From: Nitrospiraceae bacterium
GTDB taxonomy: Bacteria; Nitrospirota; Nitrospiria; Nitrospirales; Nitrospiraceae
DNA length: 64,000 bases
Reading direction: 5' to 3'
Assembly (NCBI GenBank): GCA_050246315.1
Contig: JBFWWG010000005.1
Coordinates: 1 to 64,000 of the forward strand
In this document: positions 8,477 through 17,305 of the stretch, piece by piece
How positions within the stretch are numbered: position 1 is the stretch's first letter
Layout: every line of letters starts with the position of its first letter
Made by a program: the position numbers and the translations under genes
Notes under the pieces: model-generated
The model's database searches: none
Told to the model about the DNA's origin: nothing
Seen by the model: only the letters and a program-made list of their open reading frames with translations

Positions 8477-10039
8477 TTAACCCCACCGTCCCTGCAACGG
8501 TGACAAGGGCGTTGCGATGGACTGAAACCGGAGCAGGCGGACGCGATCTTGGTTCTTGTAGGAGAGGAGCGGCATGAGTCCCTGGTCGAGCAGACGCTCG
8601 GCTGCCTTTTCCGTGAGCCAGGCTTCAGCACAGGGCTTGGTCACGGAGTCTCCCGCCTCATCCCGATAGACATGCAAGGGGAGCCCCTCGATGTCTTGGA
8701 CTGATCCAGGGCGAAGATGCCAACCTTCTTCCAAGAAGGCTTTTCCCAAGAGTACAAGACAGGCGAATACGGGGTTGCCCCAGGAATAGTCCTCATGCTC
8801 GGGGACGCCCACCATTTCCTCAAAGGCACAAGCGGCGATCGCATCCGTCTCTCGCCCGAACGGCAGGCGCAACAACATTCTTGGGAGGGACAACCCGAGA
8901 TAGGATGCTTCCTGAGACTGCCGCAGAAATTGCCATCGTCGGTGGTCCTCCTCCCGGTCCGCTGGGTTTTCCCAGGCATCCGGATCGGGCACTGTTCCGA
9001 ATGAAGAACAGCCTACAATGTAGGGTGCTGCGGCGGCCACAAACGGCGCTCCTGCTTCCTGCGAAAGTTTGGCCAGCCGCTCCAGCAGCGCCACATCCTC
9101 ACTGGTTCGGTCGAAGGTATATACGCCTCCGACCACAGCCCATGGGTGAGCCCCCGGCGTGCGAACGGTTTTTTCGACCAACAGTCGATAGAGCTGGGTT
9201 GCACGGAGATCGTCGCCGTGGAGCAGATCTGTGGTCAGATCACTCCTTGAGAGATCCAGCAGGTAAAGCTGAAGCTGCGCGTCTGTATCAAGCCGATCCA
9301 CGAGAAACGAGAGCCCGCGCCAAGCTGCTTCCAACTCCCGAAATGCCGGATGGTGCAGCACGGTTCTCAGGATCTGGCCCATGGCTGCATCGACTTGGGC
9401 GATGAGCTGTGGTGCCATCGGATGCTCTCTCGGGACCAGGTGAGGCCTGATAAGCGATTGGAGAAACGATTGCCACTCAGTGTCGCCGAGATCGCGATCG
9501 GATGTGGGAGCTTGGTCAAGTATTTGGTCGAGCAGACCGGTCGCAGGTGGGTCACTCACGTCCGCCTGCCGGGGCGGGGATGCGGTTGTAGGCGGTCGGG
9601 CTTCGATTGACGGACCAGGTTGAACCCATGTGCGGACCTCATCGGCAGCCTCCGGAAATGTGGTGGGATTGGCGAGACGTTGGCGCAGAGTAGAGAGCCT
9701 CCGTAAGGGCTCGATCTGGCGAACCAAGCCATCCGGATGAAGGTCATCGATCTTGCCGAACCTGAGCGTGATGGCAGGCGCATGGTCCCCAAGGAGGGGA
9801 CCGTGAAGGCCGATATCGAGTTTGCCCGGAAGCTCATCAAGGTTGTCGCGATCCACGCGAATCGGGCGCCACTTGGCCGGCGTATGCTGTTGAGTTCGAT
9901 CTCGCAAGATGTCCCGTCCGCTGAAATCTCCCATGATCAACATGCGGAATGGCACTTCCGGCTCCGGCCGCCCAAGCGGGCGCGGTTCTCCGACAGTCAG
10001 GACAACATCGATCTTGCTGGTGGGACGATGGGTTGTCAT
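8477..10039 (-). CDS. Type VI secretion contractile-sheath-like protein, TssB(VipA)-like N-terminus fused to TssC(VipB)-like domain
   Basis: PFRMLIMGDFSG...VDRDNLD...LRFGKIDDLHPD (TssB-like); LHHPAFRELEAAWRGLSFLV...YLGLSLPRMLLRLPFG...WGNP (TssC-like). Confidence 0.85.
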   Translation of the reverse strand: MTTHRPTSKIDVVLTVGEPRPLGRPEPEVPFRMLIMGDFSGRDILRDRTQQHTPAKWRPIRVDRDNLDELPGKLDIGLHGPLLGDHAPAITLRFGKIDDLHPDGLVRQIEPLRRLSTLRQRLANPTTFPEAADEVRTWVQPGPSIEARPPTTASPPRQADVSDPPATGLLDQILDQAPTSDRDLGDTEWQSFLQSLIRPHLVPREHPMAPQLIAQVDAAMGQILRTVLHHPAFRELEAAWRGLSFLVDRLDTDAQLQLYLLDLSRSDLTTDLLHGDDLRATQLYRLLVEKTVRTPGAHPWAVVGGVYTFDRTSEDVALLERLAKLSQEAGAPFVAAAAPYIVGCSSFGTVPDPDAWENPADREEDHRRWQFLRQSQEASYLGLSLPRMLLRLPFGRETDAIAACAFEEMVGVPEHEDYSWGNPVFACLVLLGKAFLEEGWHLRPGSVQDIEGLPLHVYRDEAGDSVTKPCAEAWLTEKAAERLLDQGLMPLLSYKNQDRVRLLRFQSIATPLSPLQGRWG

Positions 10040-10784
10040 AGCCCTCCCCTCTGACATCGAGTGAAGGAGATGACGATGCGCGACGAGCGAACGTGCATCG
10101 GGCATGCTGTCCGAGCGGCCAGGAGTATACAGAACGAGCGGTTGACTCGTCGAGAAGACAAGGCGCGAACAGGCGTGCTTGGATTGAAGACCTCCTGATG
10201 AGCACCCGCGCTGCTCAATAGCGTCATTCGAGCGGGCTCATCCGGACCAAACCGCCACTACGCGCAAGCGTGTTCCGTTGTCGCACCGATCAGCGCGTTG
10301 GCAATGAGATCAATCGAGGTATTCAGGCAAGCCTGGTGAACCATGAGAGGGATCCCAGGTGGGTGCAAACAGAGACTCTGGCCTTTCATGTTTGGCGGCG
10401 AAATCCTCGCGGCCTGTGCGCAGATCGATCTGGGGTGGTACTTTCAAACCAGCTTCCTTCTTGCCCGCTTGATGGCGAGAGCGAGTCCGTTTGTCTTACT
10501 GACGTAGTGTGCTACCCGTCGAGTCCCATAAAATGGCAACTACGGCAAGGGAAATCTGATCAGGATCGAGTAAATCGGACGCGGCTTTTTTAACGTTGGC
10601 CTAGATCACAATCCGGTCCGAGGAGGAAAAAGATAGTTCGACCATCATCGAATTTGTCGAAGGACGCTGCGCTATATCGTGAAGCCGCTGCACCGCGTCC
10701 CAGTCCACAAGTTAGAGCGCTGGCATCAAGCGTTCCTGGGATAGATTCTAGTTTGTTGTCTGCCGTCGGGTTAACTGCCGTCTG

Positions 10785-12452
10785 TCATGGGAATCCAGTT
10801 ACTTGCACAGGACTCGGCGATTTTGTCGTACCACCATTGCCAAGTTGGCCCTTGTCGCCTCTGCCCCAACAGCGGACGCCGGTTGAATCGAGCAGCACGC
10901 AGACATGGCCCTTTCCCGCACCGACCACCCCGAAGGTATTTCCATTCGATATATTCTGTACCGGCTCCCCCAGCGGAAAATCTGCCTCACTAGCCGTTCC
11001 AATGCCAAGTTGACCATTTCCATTATGTCCCAGACACCGAATGGTGTCACCATTCGATAGGGCACAAGTGAAGGGTTGACTGTCCAATTCTCCTCCTAGC
11101 AGCACTTCCTTCGTACCGTTCAACCCTGAGAAAACGGGTGTGGCTGTGAAAGTCGTCTTCGGAACGTCAAGATTGTTGAGTTGCCCATTACTGTTGCTTC
11201 CCCAACAACGGAGATTCGTATCACGCCGGACTGCGCAAGTGTGTACGCCACCAGCCGTAACCTTGTCCACCGTACTCAACGACCCCGTGCCACTCTCGCT
11301 CACGACGATCGTAGGATTTACGACATTTGCCCCATTCCGATTTCCGTTCCCTACTTGGCCAGAACTGTTTCTCCCCCAGCACTTGACGGTGTCATCGCTC
11401 AGGATCGCACAGCTAAATTCACCTCCCAACGCGAGCGACCTTGCGTTGGTTATAGGCGGAACCGTAGGCTGCGGAATAAGATTTGCACCCCCCGATGACG
11501 TACCGTTGCCGAGCTGCCCCCTATCGTTCGATCCCCAACACCGGACTGCGCCAGGACTGTTGTCGTTTCCGATAATTACACAGGCGTGCCCACTGCCGAG
11601 CGCCAGAGCCGAGACATTGCTTAAGTTTTGAACTTGAATCGGTCTCGGCCATGCCTCACCCGTTGCCGACGGATTACCAAGCCTACCCGCACTAGTGTCG
11701 CCCCAACAGCGGACAGTGCGATTGGTATCGTTCATGAGGGCACAGGCAAAAAGGCCCCCGACTGCCACTTGGTTTACGTTGATCAGTTTCCCCGAACCGC
11801 TCTCGCTCACCACGTACACCGGGGTCGGGCGATCTGCAGTTGGACCAAACGTATTATCGCCAACTTGCCCGAATCCGTTGGAGCCCCAACATTGCACGCT
11901 GTCATCATCGCCCACCACCACGCAGTTGGAGCCACCGCCAATCGCGAGCTTCCTGGCCCCTGAAGGTTTCGAAGTCGGATCGGTTGGATTGGTCCTAGCT
12001 CGGGTCTCGTCCAGATTGGTGAAACCATCTGTATCGTTATGAAAATTGGTATTCAGTGTTGTGAAGTTAGTCACGGGCTGATTTTGCACGTTCGCATTAA
12101 TCGTCGCTGTCGCACTCGTTTCCGCGAGTTGAAGCAACCCTGGCGGTGGCACGTTCGGGTGGGGGACCCAATAGCGGATCACGAAGGTATGGGTGCCCGC
12201 CGGTAGCTGAACCTCTGCACTTGGTACACCGGTAGCCTGATTGACCTGCATCGAGCTAGGGGTATCTGGGCCGATCTGCAGCGTGGCGGAGAGATTCCCA
12301 TCGGGTACTCCCGCCTTGATCGATTCGAACCCGGCAGGTGACCCAAGCACCACCGTTGCGGTACCACCGCTTGGGCTAGGCTCCTCCGCGCAACTCCCGT
12401 TCAACAACAACAAACCCACTGCCAGCGACCTCAGCAATCTTGCGGCTGTCAT
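10785..12452 (-). CDS. RCC1/BLIP-II-repeat beta-propeller lipoprotein
   Basis: Lipobox LLNGSC; about seven CWGxNxxGQLG-type repeats; DTDGFTNLDE...TNP motif. Confidence 0.85.
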   Translation of the reverse strand: MTAARLLRSLAVGLLLLNGSCAEEPSPSGGTATVVLGSPAGFESIKAGVPDGNLSATLQIGPDTPSSMQVNQATGVPSAEVQLPAGTHTFVIRYWVPHPNVPPPGLLQLAETSATATINANVQNQPVTNFTTLNTNFHNDTDGFTNLDETRARTNPTDPTSKPSGARKLAIGGGSNCVVVGDDDSVQCWGSNGFGQVGDNTFGPTADRPTPVYVVSESGSGKLINVNQVAVGGLFACALMNDTNRTVRCWGDTSAGRLGNPSATGEAWPRPIQVQNLSNVSALALGSGHACVIIGNDNSPGAVRCWGSNDRGQLGNGTSSGGANLIPQPTVPPITNARSLALGGEFSCAILSDDTVKCWGRNSSGQVGNGNRNGANVVNPTIVVSESGTGSLSTVDKVTAGGVHTCAVRRDTNLRCWGSNSNGQLNNLDVPKTTFTATPVFSGLNGTKEVLLGGELDSQPFTCALSNGDTIRCLGHNGNGQLGIGTASEADFPLGEPVQNISNGNTFGVVGAGKGHVCVLLDSTGVRCWGRGDKGQLGNGGTTKSPSPVQVTGFP

Positions 12453-12510
12453 CTCAGCCTCCGTGACTCAATTACGATACTTGATCCATTGTGGTCCTGT
12501 GCCTGTCACT

Positions 12511-12852
12511 CTATAGCGGAGGGCCGGTCACGACCGCGCCGCCCGTGGGAGGTGGCCCACCCCCATTACCTCCGCCCCCGCCCGCGGCGGCGACGGCAAC
12601 ACCTCCAATGACCACCACGGCCACGAGCGTCCAGAACCACCAGCGCTTGTAGAAGGGCGGTGTGGCAATTGTCTCCGCCTTCTGCATGGGGGGCAGTGCG
12701 TCGCCGTTCTGTGCCAGCGAGGGATTCGGCGGCCCCTGCGCCATGGTGGTGGTTGGGAAGACGAACTCGCAGCAGAAGACGACCAAGACCACCACGATGA
12801 GGACTCGCGGCCAGAGGTGGTCAGGGTGGGCCCATGTCACATTGATGCGCAT
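12511..12852 (-). CDS. Small exported/membrane protein with PFYKRWWFW motif and Gly/Pro-rich tail
   Basis: GGAGG RBS, hydrophobic N-terminal segment, second TM after PFYKRWWFW. Confidence 0.7.
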   Translation of the reverse strand: MRINVTWAHPDHLWPRVLIVVVLVVFCCEFVFPTTTMAQGPPNPSLAQNGDALPPMQKAETIATPPFYKRWWFWTLVAVVVIGGVAVAAAGGGGGNGGGPPPTGGAVVTGPPL

Positions 12853-12856
12853 CGTC

Positions 12857-13693
12857 TTACCTCCCGATGATGGCATAGGGGACAACTTCTTCGATGATGT
12901 CAGCCTGGACCACTGACAGGCGATCGTAAAAGTCTGCGAGGGGGAGAAGCCCCTCCGGATTCGCCGCCAACGGTAGTCGAATCCGGTCTTCGGTCCTGGT
13001 GGCCACGATAATAAACGCCTCTGACGCGCGCGTCTGGCCCGGAGGCAGTTCCATGACCAGGGAGACGCCAGGTGGCGGAAAACGGCCTGGTGTTCCGGGC
13101 AGTACCTGCAATGGCAGCCCCATGGCCGCCCCTCCATACAGGCGGACCTTGTCATCGTCGGTCAGATTAAAAATGGTCACGTGCGCGGGCCTGGTACTAT
13201 TGACTTCCAGTTTCGCTTTCTCGCCCGGAGTGAAGACCGGCTTATTCAAGGTGGCCTTGAGCCCAAAGCCAGGGTCCCGCTTTTCGGCCACCGGTGCGAC
13301 ACAAGCCCGCAGGATCACCCGTAAGATCGGGATCGGGCTATCTTTGGGAGCGGGCTGATACCGGTCCTGGTCCCATCGCACCACCTGTTCCCGCTTCACA
13401 TAGCCCTTGACGAGCGTTCGCACAAAATCGGCCGCCAGCATATAGTCGCGGACGAGTGTGGCGGAGGTAATCTCGACCCCAAGCGCATCGGCGATGGCAG
13501 CGGATCGCGCTTGGCGTAAGGCCAGTTGCCGGGCCTCGGCGGTGGTCAGCACATCGGCGGCGACCCGCCCGACTCCTTCTCCCCAACGACAGTCCTCGGC
13601 CTGTGCAGAGTGAGAAAGTTCGATGTCGAGCAGCAGACTAAGACCCACCATCATAACGATCCGACGGGTGTGATCTCGCACGGCACGGGTCAT
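12857..13693 (-). CDS. Exported DUF4384-domain protein with LPP20/FlgT-N-like N-terminus
   Basis: EARQLALRQARSAAI...GVEI; PVFTPGEKAKLEVNSTRPAHVTIFNL...EAFIIVAT; ATGA overlap with the caspase stop. Confidence 0.7.
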   Translation of the reverse strand: MTRAVRDHTRRIVMMVGLSLLLDIELSHSAQAEDCRWGEGVGRVAADVLTTAEARQLALRQARSAAIADALGVEITSATLVRDYMLAADFVRTLVKGYVKREQVVRWDQDRYQPAPKDSPIPILRVILRACVAPVAEKRDPGFGLKATLNKPVFTPGEKAKLEVNSTRPAHVTIFNLTDDDKVRLYGGAAMGLPLQVLPGTPGRFPPPGVSLVMELPPGQTRASEAFIIVATRTEDRIRLPLAANPEGLLPLADFYDRLSVVQADIIEEVVPYAIIGR

Positions 13694-14979
13694 GGGGAGC
13701 CTGTTTCCTTGTCCCACACGGTGAACCGGCGGACGTCCGACGCGGAGGGTCTTAGGACAGGTGACTGCTGGACATTTTGCAATTTGGCCTCATCCTCCAC
13801 TCGCGGGCCGAGATAATCGTAGATGTCGCCGAGCTGTGTTTTTCCGTCCTGCAAGGCTTTGAGGAAATGGTAGGTAAAGACTCCGTGCCGCTTCTCGCGG
13901 GATGAGGTGCTGATCTGGGTTCCCTGGGCGGCCGAGAGCACCGCCAACCTCGGCGAGGCGAGCACCGGGTCGTCGATCTTGGCGATGGCCGGTCGTCCCT
14001 CCATTATCACCGAGCGCCCCCCTTGGCCCGAGAAACAAGAATCCAAGGTCACAACCACCTGCCCGGCCTTGAGATCAGCGAGCTTCGCATAGAGGGTCTT
14101 CAACGGGTAGGCCGTGTCTTTGAGCAAGGCGGGGTCTCCATCGTGCGGCACCAGATAGGCCTCTCCCGTGACCGGGTCAGGGGATCCATGGCCGGCATAA
14201 TAGACCAGCACGCGGCTGTCGCTCTGCACGCGGGATGGTAACCAGGACTCCAGGGCGACCTTGATGCCGGTCAGTGTGGCTTGATCATTGAATAAAACTT
14301 CCACGTTTCTGGCGGGATACCCAAGGGCCCGGAGGTACTTGGCCACGGTTTCGGCGTCGGCCTTCGCATGCCGAGCGAGAGGCAACTTCTGATAGCGCTC
14401 GATGCCGATGACGACGGCGACGTCGTTCGGGCGCGCCTTGGCGGCAAAGGCCGGGATCCGGTCTACGTCGCTCGGTGGCGCCAGGGCTTCCGCTTGAATC
14501 TTTTTCTCTAAGCGCGTGACCGACGCTCGACCATAATTTTTCCACTCCGGCCGCTCCTCCTTGGCCAGTGCCGTCTGCCAATGTTGGAGGGCCTCTTCCT
14601 CCTGCCCTCCTTTGGCTTCGAGAGCCACCGCCAGATTTTCCCTGGCTGCCACTCGCTCGCCATCTTGGGAGAGAATCAGGCGGAACTCCCGTTCAGCCTT
14701 GTCGTATTTTTTTTGTTCGTAATAGATCGTGCCGACGTTTTGCCGCGCCTCAACTAAGCCGGGGGCGGTCTCGAGTGCCGCGTAATAGGCCCGTAGCGCC
14801 TCATCCGGCTTGCCGGCCTTCTCGAAGGCCACCCCCTCCTCAAACTTGGCCACATGGGGCCCGCTCGCGCAGCCGGTGACCAAGAGGGCCGCCACCACCC
14901 AGGCCCCTAGCCAACCCAGAGGTTGCCATCTCACATGAACGTATGCAGCCGATCCATCATCAAAGTTCCAGGGTGCCAT
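13690..14979 (-). CDS. TPR + caspase-like (peptidase C14) lipoprotein
   Basis: LVTGC lipobox, TPRs, AVVIGIERY, YYAGHG (His) and LDSCFSG (Cys) dyad, HGVFTYHFL. Confidence 0.9.
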   Translation of the reverse strand: MAPWNFDDGSAAYVHVRWQPLGWLGAWVVAALLVTGCASGPHVAKFEEGVAFEKAGKPDEALRAYYAALETAPGLVEARQNVGTIYYEQKKYDKAEREFRLILSQDGERVAARENLAVALEAKGGQEEEALQHWQTALAKEERPEWKNYGRASVTRLEKKIQAEALAPPSDVDRIPAFAAKARPNDVAVVIGIERYQKLPLARHAKADAETVAKYLRALGYPARNVEVLFNDQATLTGIKVALESWLPSRVQSDSRVLVYYAGHGSPDPVTGEAYLVPHDGDPALLKDTAYPLKTLYAKLADLKAGQVVVTLDSCFSGQGGRSVIMEGRPAIAKIDDPVLASPRLAVLSAAQGTQISTSSREKRHGVFTYHFLKALQDGKTQLGDIYDYLGPRVEDEAKLQNVQQSPVLRPSASDVRRFTVWDKETGSP

Positions 14980-15793
14980 AACAGCCTCCATGAACGCGGA
15001 AACCGTATTGACGCGACCAGGGATAACCGGTTGAAAGACTTGTGAGAGCCGGGGGCGATGACGCAGCCACCGGTAGGTAGGGGACGATGGTCGGGGCTTC
15101 TTCACAGGAGAGCGCCATGAATGGTTCCCGCAACGACCCCAGAAACAGGACCATTTTCTCCCTTGTGACCGCAAGCACTGTCCTTGTGAGGGCCGCCTAT
15201 ACGCCCGGTAATGCGAAATGTCAACACATGCAAATACCTAGCTATATGATCTGGACTCTATATGCACTAAGCGCAAGGGGATGTGGAACTGTGCCCAGGA
15301 GAAGTCTCTGAAGAAAGTCCAAGACGAAGACCGACCAGGCCGTGAAACGGCGCGGGGCGGCCGTTCTCAGTCACGGCCGTTGGCGTTTTTCGTGCGTGCT
15401 CCTGTGGACGCGATTATGGAATCATTGCAGAGCCGCCTTGGTCGATGATCACAGTTGCGGACGGTGTCATGTACGAGTAGGCCATTGAGACACTGCTCCT
15501 GCCCTGCTAGAATGCGTCCCCATTCTAAACGATCCTCGCGCTGACAAGTTGCGAATGAGAGCTGGAGGGTACCATCGAACGGGCGGTGGTGCCCCCTCCC
15601 TGGAGCACCTCATCGAGTCGAGAATCTGCGAGCTATTCCGGTTGCTGCCGTTCCATGCCTTCCGTCTACCTGTCAGGACTCTGTAAAACAATGGAATCCC
15701 ATAGCCACCGCTAGGAACCGGTCATTCATTGCTGTGTAGCGGGTTCTTGCCTGTTCATCCGTAACACCGGTCGTCGCGAGACAGAAGAGAACA

Positions 15794-17278
15794 ATGCTCA
15801 ACTCCCAGGATGATATGACTCAGGCGGTTCCTCCAGTTCGGGTCCGTGTCCAACGAGGTCTGGACTGGACTGCTGAACAGGTTTTCACGGTTGCTTTTCG
15901 AATAGGCCGGCTGCCCGAGTGTGAGGTTCATATTCCGGACCCGATTGTCAGCAAGGTGCATGCGCAGGTCACGTACGAACAGGGGCGCTGGTGGCTATAT
16001 GACGCGCAAAGCCTGAACGGAACGTTCCTCAACGGGGAGCGAATCGATCGAGTGGCCTTGCCCGCGACTGGAAAAGTGGGACTGGGGGTTGACGGCGCTA
16101 CCCTATGGATCACAGTGGGGGAAGGAGAACGAGAGACCGGACGGTCTCAGGAGATATCTTCCGCGGTCGGGCAGCCTGAATCTGTCACGGTTCTGGTGAA
16201 GATGCTGGAGGGGCGTACAGAGACAGGTAATGAAGCGGGGCACAAGAAATACCGAGAGGCTGTCCAACGGATTAAGACAAAGCAAGCCCGCCGGTACTCA
16301 ATATTGATCGGCCTCTGTATGGTCCTCCTCGTCGGGACGGGTCTTTATGCCTACAGGCAATATCTCCGCATCGAAGCCATTCGCGAGCAGGCTGGTGACA
16401 TTTTCTACGCGATGAAACAGGTGGAACTTCGGATCGCCGAGCTTGAGGGGAAAATCGAATATCTGGAGGAAAAGACACGCCAGGAGCAACTGAAAGACAT
16501 CGTGGCCAAGCGGCAGCTCATCAAGAGCCTGGAGGCCAAATACGATCGGTTCATTAAAGAGCTAGGGATTTACGATCCCAGCATGAGCGAGCAGGAGCGT
16601 GCGGTATTTCACGTGGCTCGTTTGTTTGGCGAATGCGAAGCCACCATGCCGAAGGATTTCCTGAGGGAAGTCAACAAGTATATTCGGCGGTGGAAGGCCA
16701 CCGACCGACTGTCGGCCAGCATTCGCCGGGCCAAGGAGAACGGATACATTGATGTGGTGGCGAATCAAATGTTCACCCGGAATCTCCCGCCGCAATTCTT
16801 CTACCTGGCCCTCCAGGAGAGCGGATTCGACTCCAAGGCGGTGGGGCCGAAAACAAGACTGGGCTATGCCAAAGGCATTTGGCAGTTCATTCCCACCACG
16901 GCTCAGGAGTATGGGCTCAAGACCGGACCGTTAAAGGATTCAGCAGACTATGATCCGAAGGACGAACGTTTTCATTTTGTCAAAGCCACCGAAGCTGCCG
17001 CCCGGTACATTAAGCGCATTTATACGACCGATGCGCAGGCGTCGGGTCTGCTGGTGATCGCCTCCTATAATTGGGGAGAGGGGAATGTGATCAAGATGAT
17101 CAGACAATTGCCGCAGAACCCGCAGGAACGCAATTTTTGGAAGCTGCTCCAGAATTTTAAGATTCCGAAAGAAACCTACGATTATGTGTTTTCAATCATT
17201 GCCGCAGCCGTGATCGGTGAGAATCCGAGATTGTTCGGCTTCGATTTTGGGAACCCCTTCGCTCCCTCCTCTCCGTAA
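15794..17278 (+). CDS. FHA domain - TM - coiled coil - MltD-type lytic transglycosylase (SLT)
   Basis: IGR...VSKVHA...SLNGTFLNG (FHA); one TM; LALQESGF, GIWQFIPTT, ASYNWGEG (SLT). Confidence 0.9.
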   Translation: MLNSQDDMTQAVPPVRVRVQRGLDWTAEQVFTVAFRIGRLPECEVHIPDPIVSKVHAQVTYEQGRWWLYDAQSLNGTFLNGERIDRVALPATGKVGLGVDGATLWITVGEGERETGRSQEISSAVGQPESVTVLVKMLEGRTETGNEAGHKKYREAVQRIKTKQARRYSILIGLCMVLLVGTGLYAYRQYLRIEAIREQAGDIFYAMKQVELRIAELEGKIEYLEEKTRQEQLKDIVAKRQLIKSLEAKYDRFIKELGIYDPSMSEQERAVFHVARLFGECEATMPKDFLREVNKYIRRWKATDRLSASIRRAKENGYIDVVANQMFTRNLPPQFFYLALQESGFDSKAVGPKTRLGYAKGIWQFIPTTAQEYGLKTGPLKDSADYDPKDERFHFVKATEAAARYIKRIYTTDAQASGLLVIASYNWGEGNVIKMIRQLPQNPQERNFWKLLQNFKIPKETYDYVFSIIAAAVIGENPRLFGFDFGNPFAPSSP

Positions 17279-17305
17279 CGGTCCAAAGCCCTTACTGTGA
17301 TTCGA

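Noticed and set aside
10430..10485. Possible DnaJ J-domain relic on the minus strand (IKRARRKLV*KYHP)
   Set aside because: Too short and degenerate to support without a search
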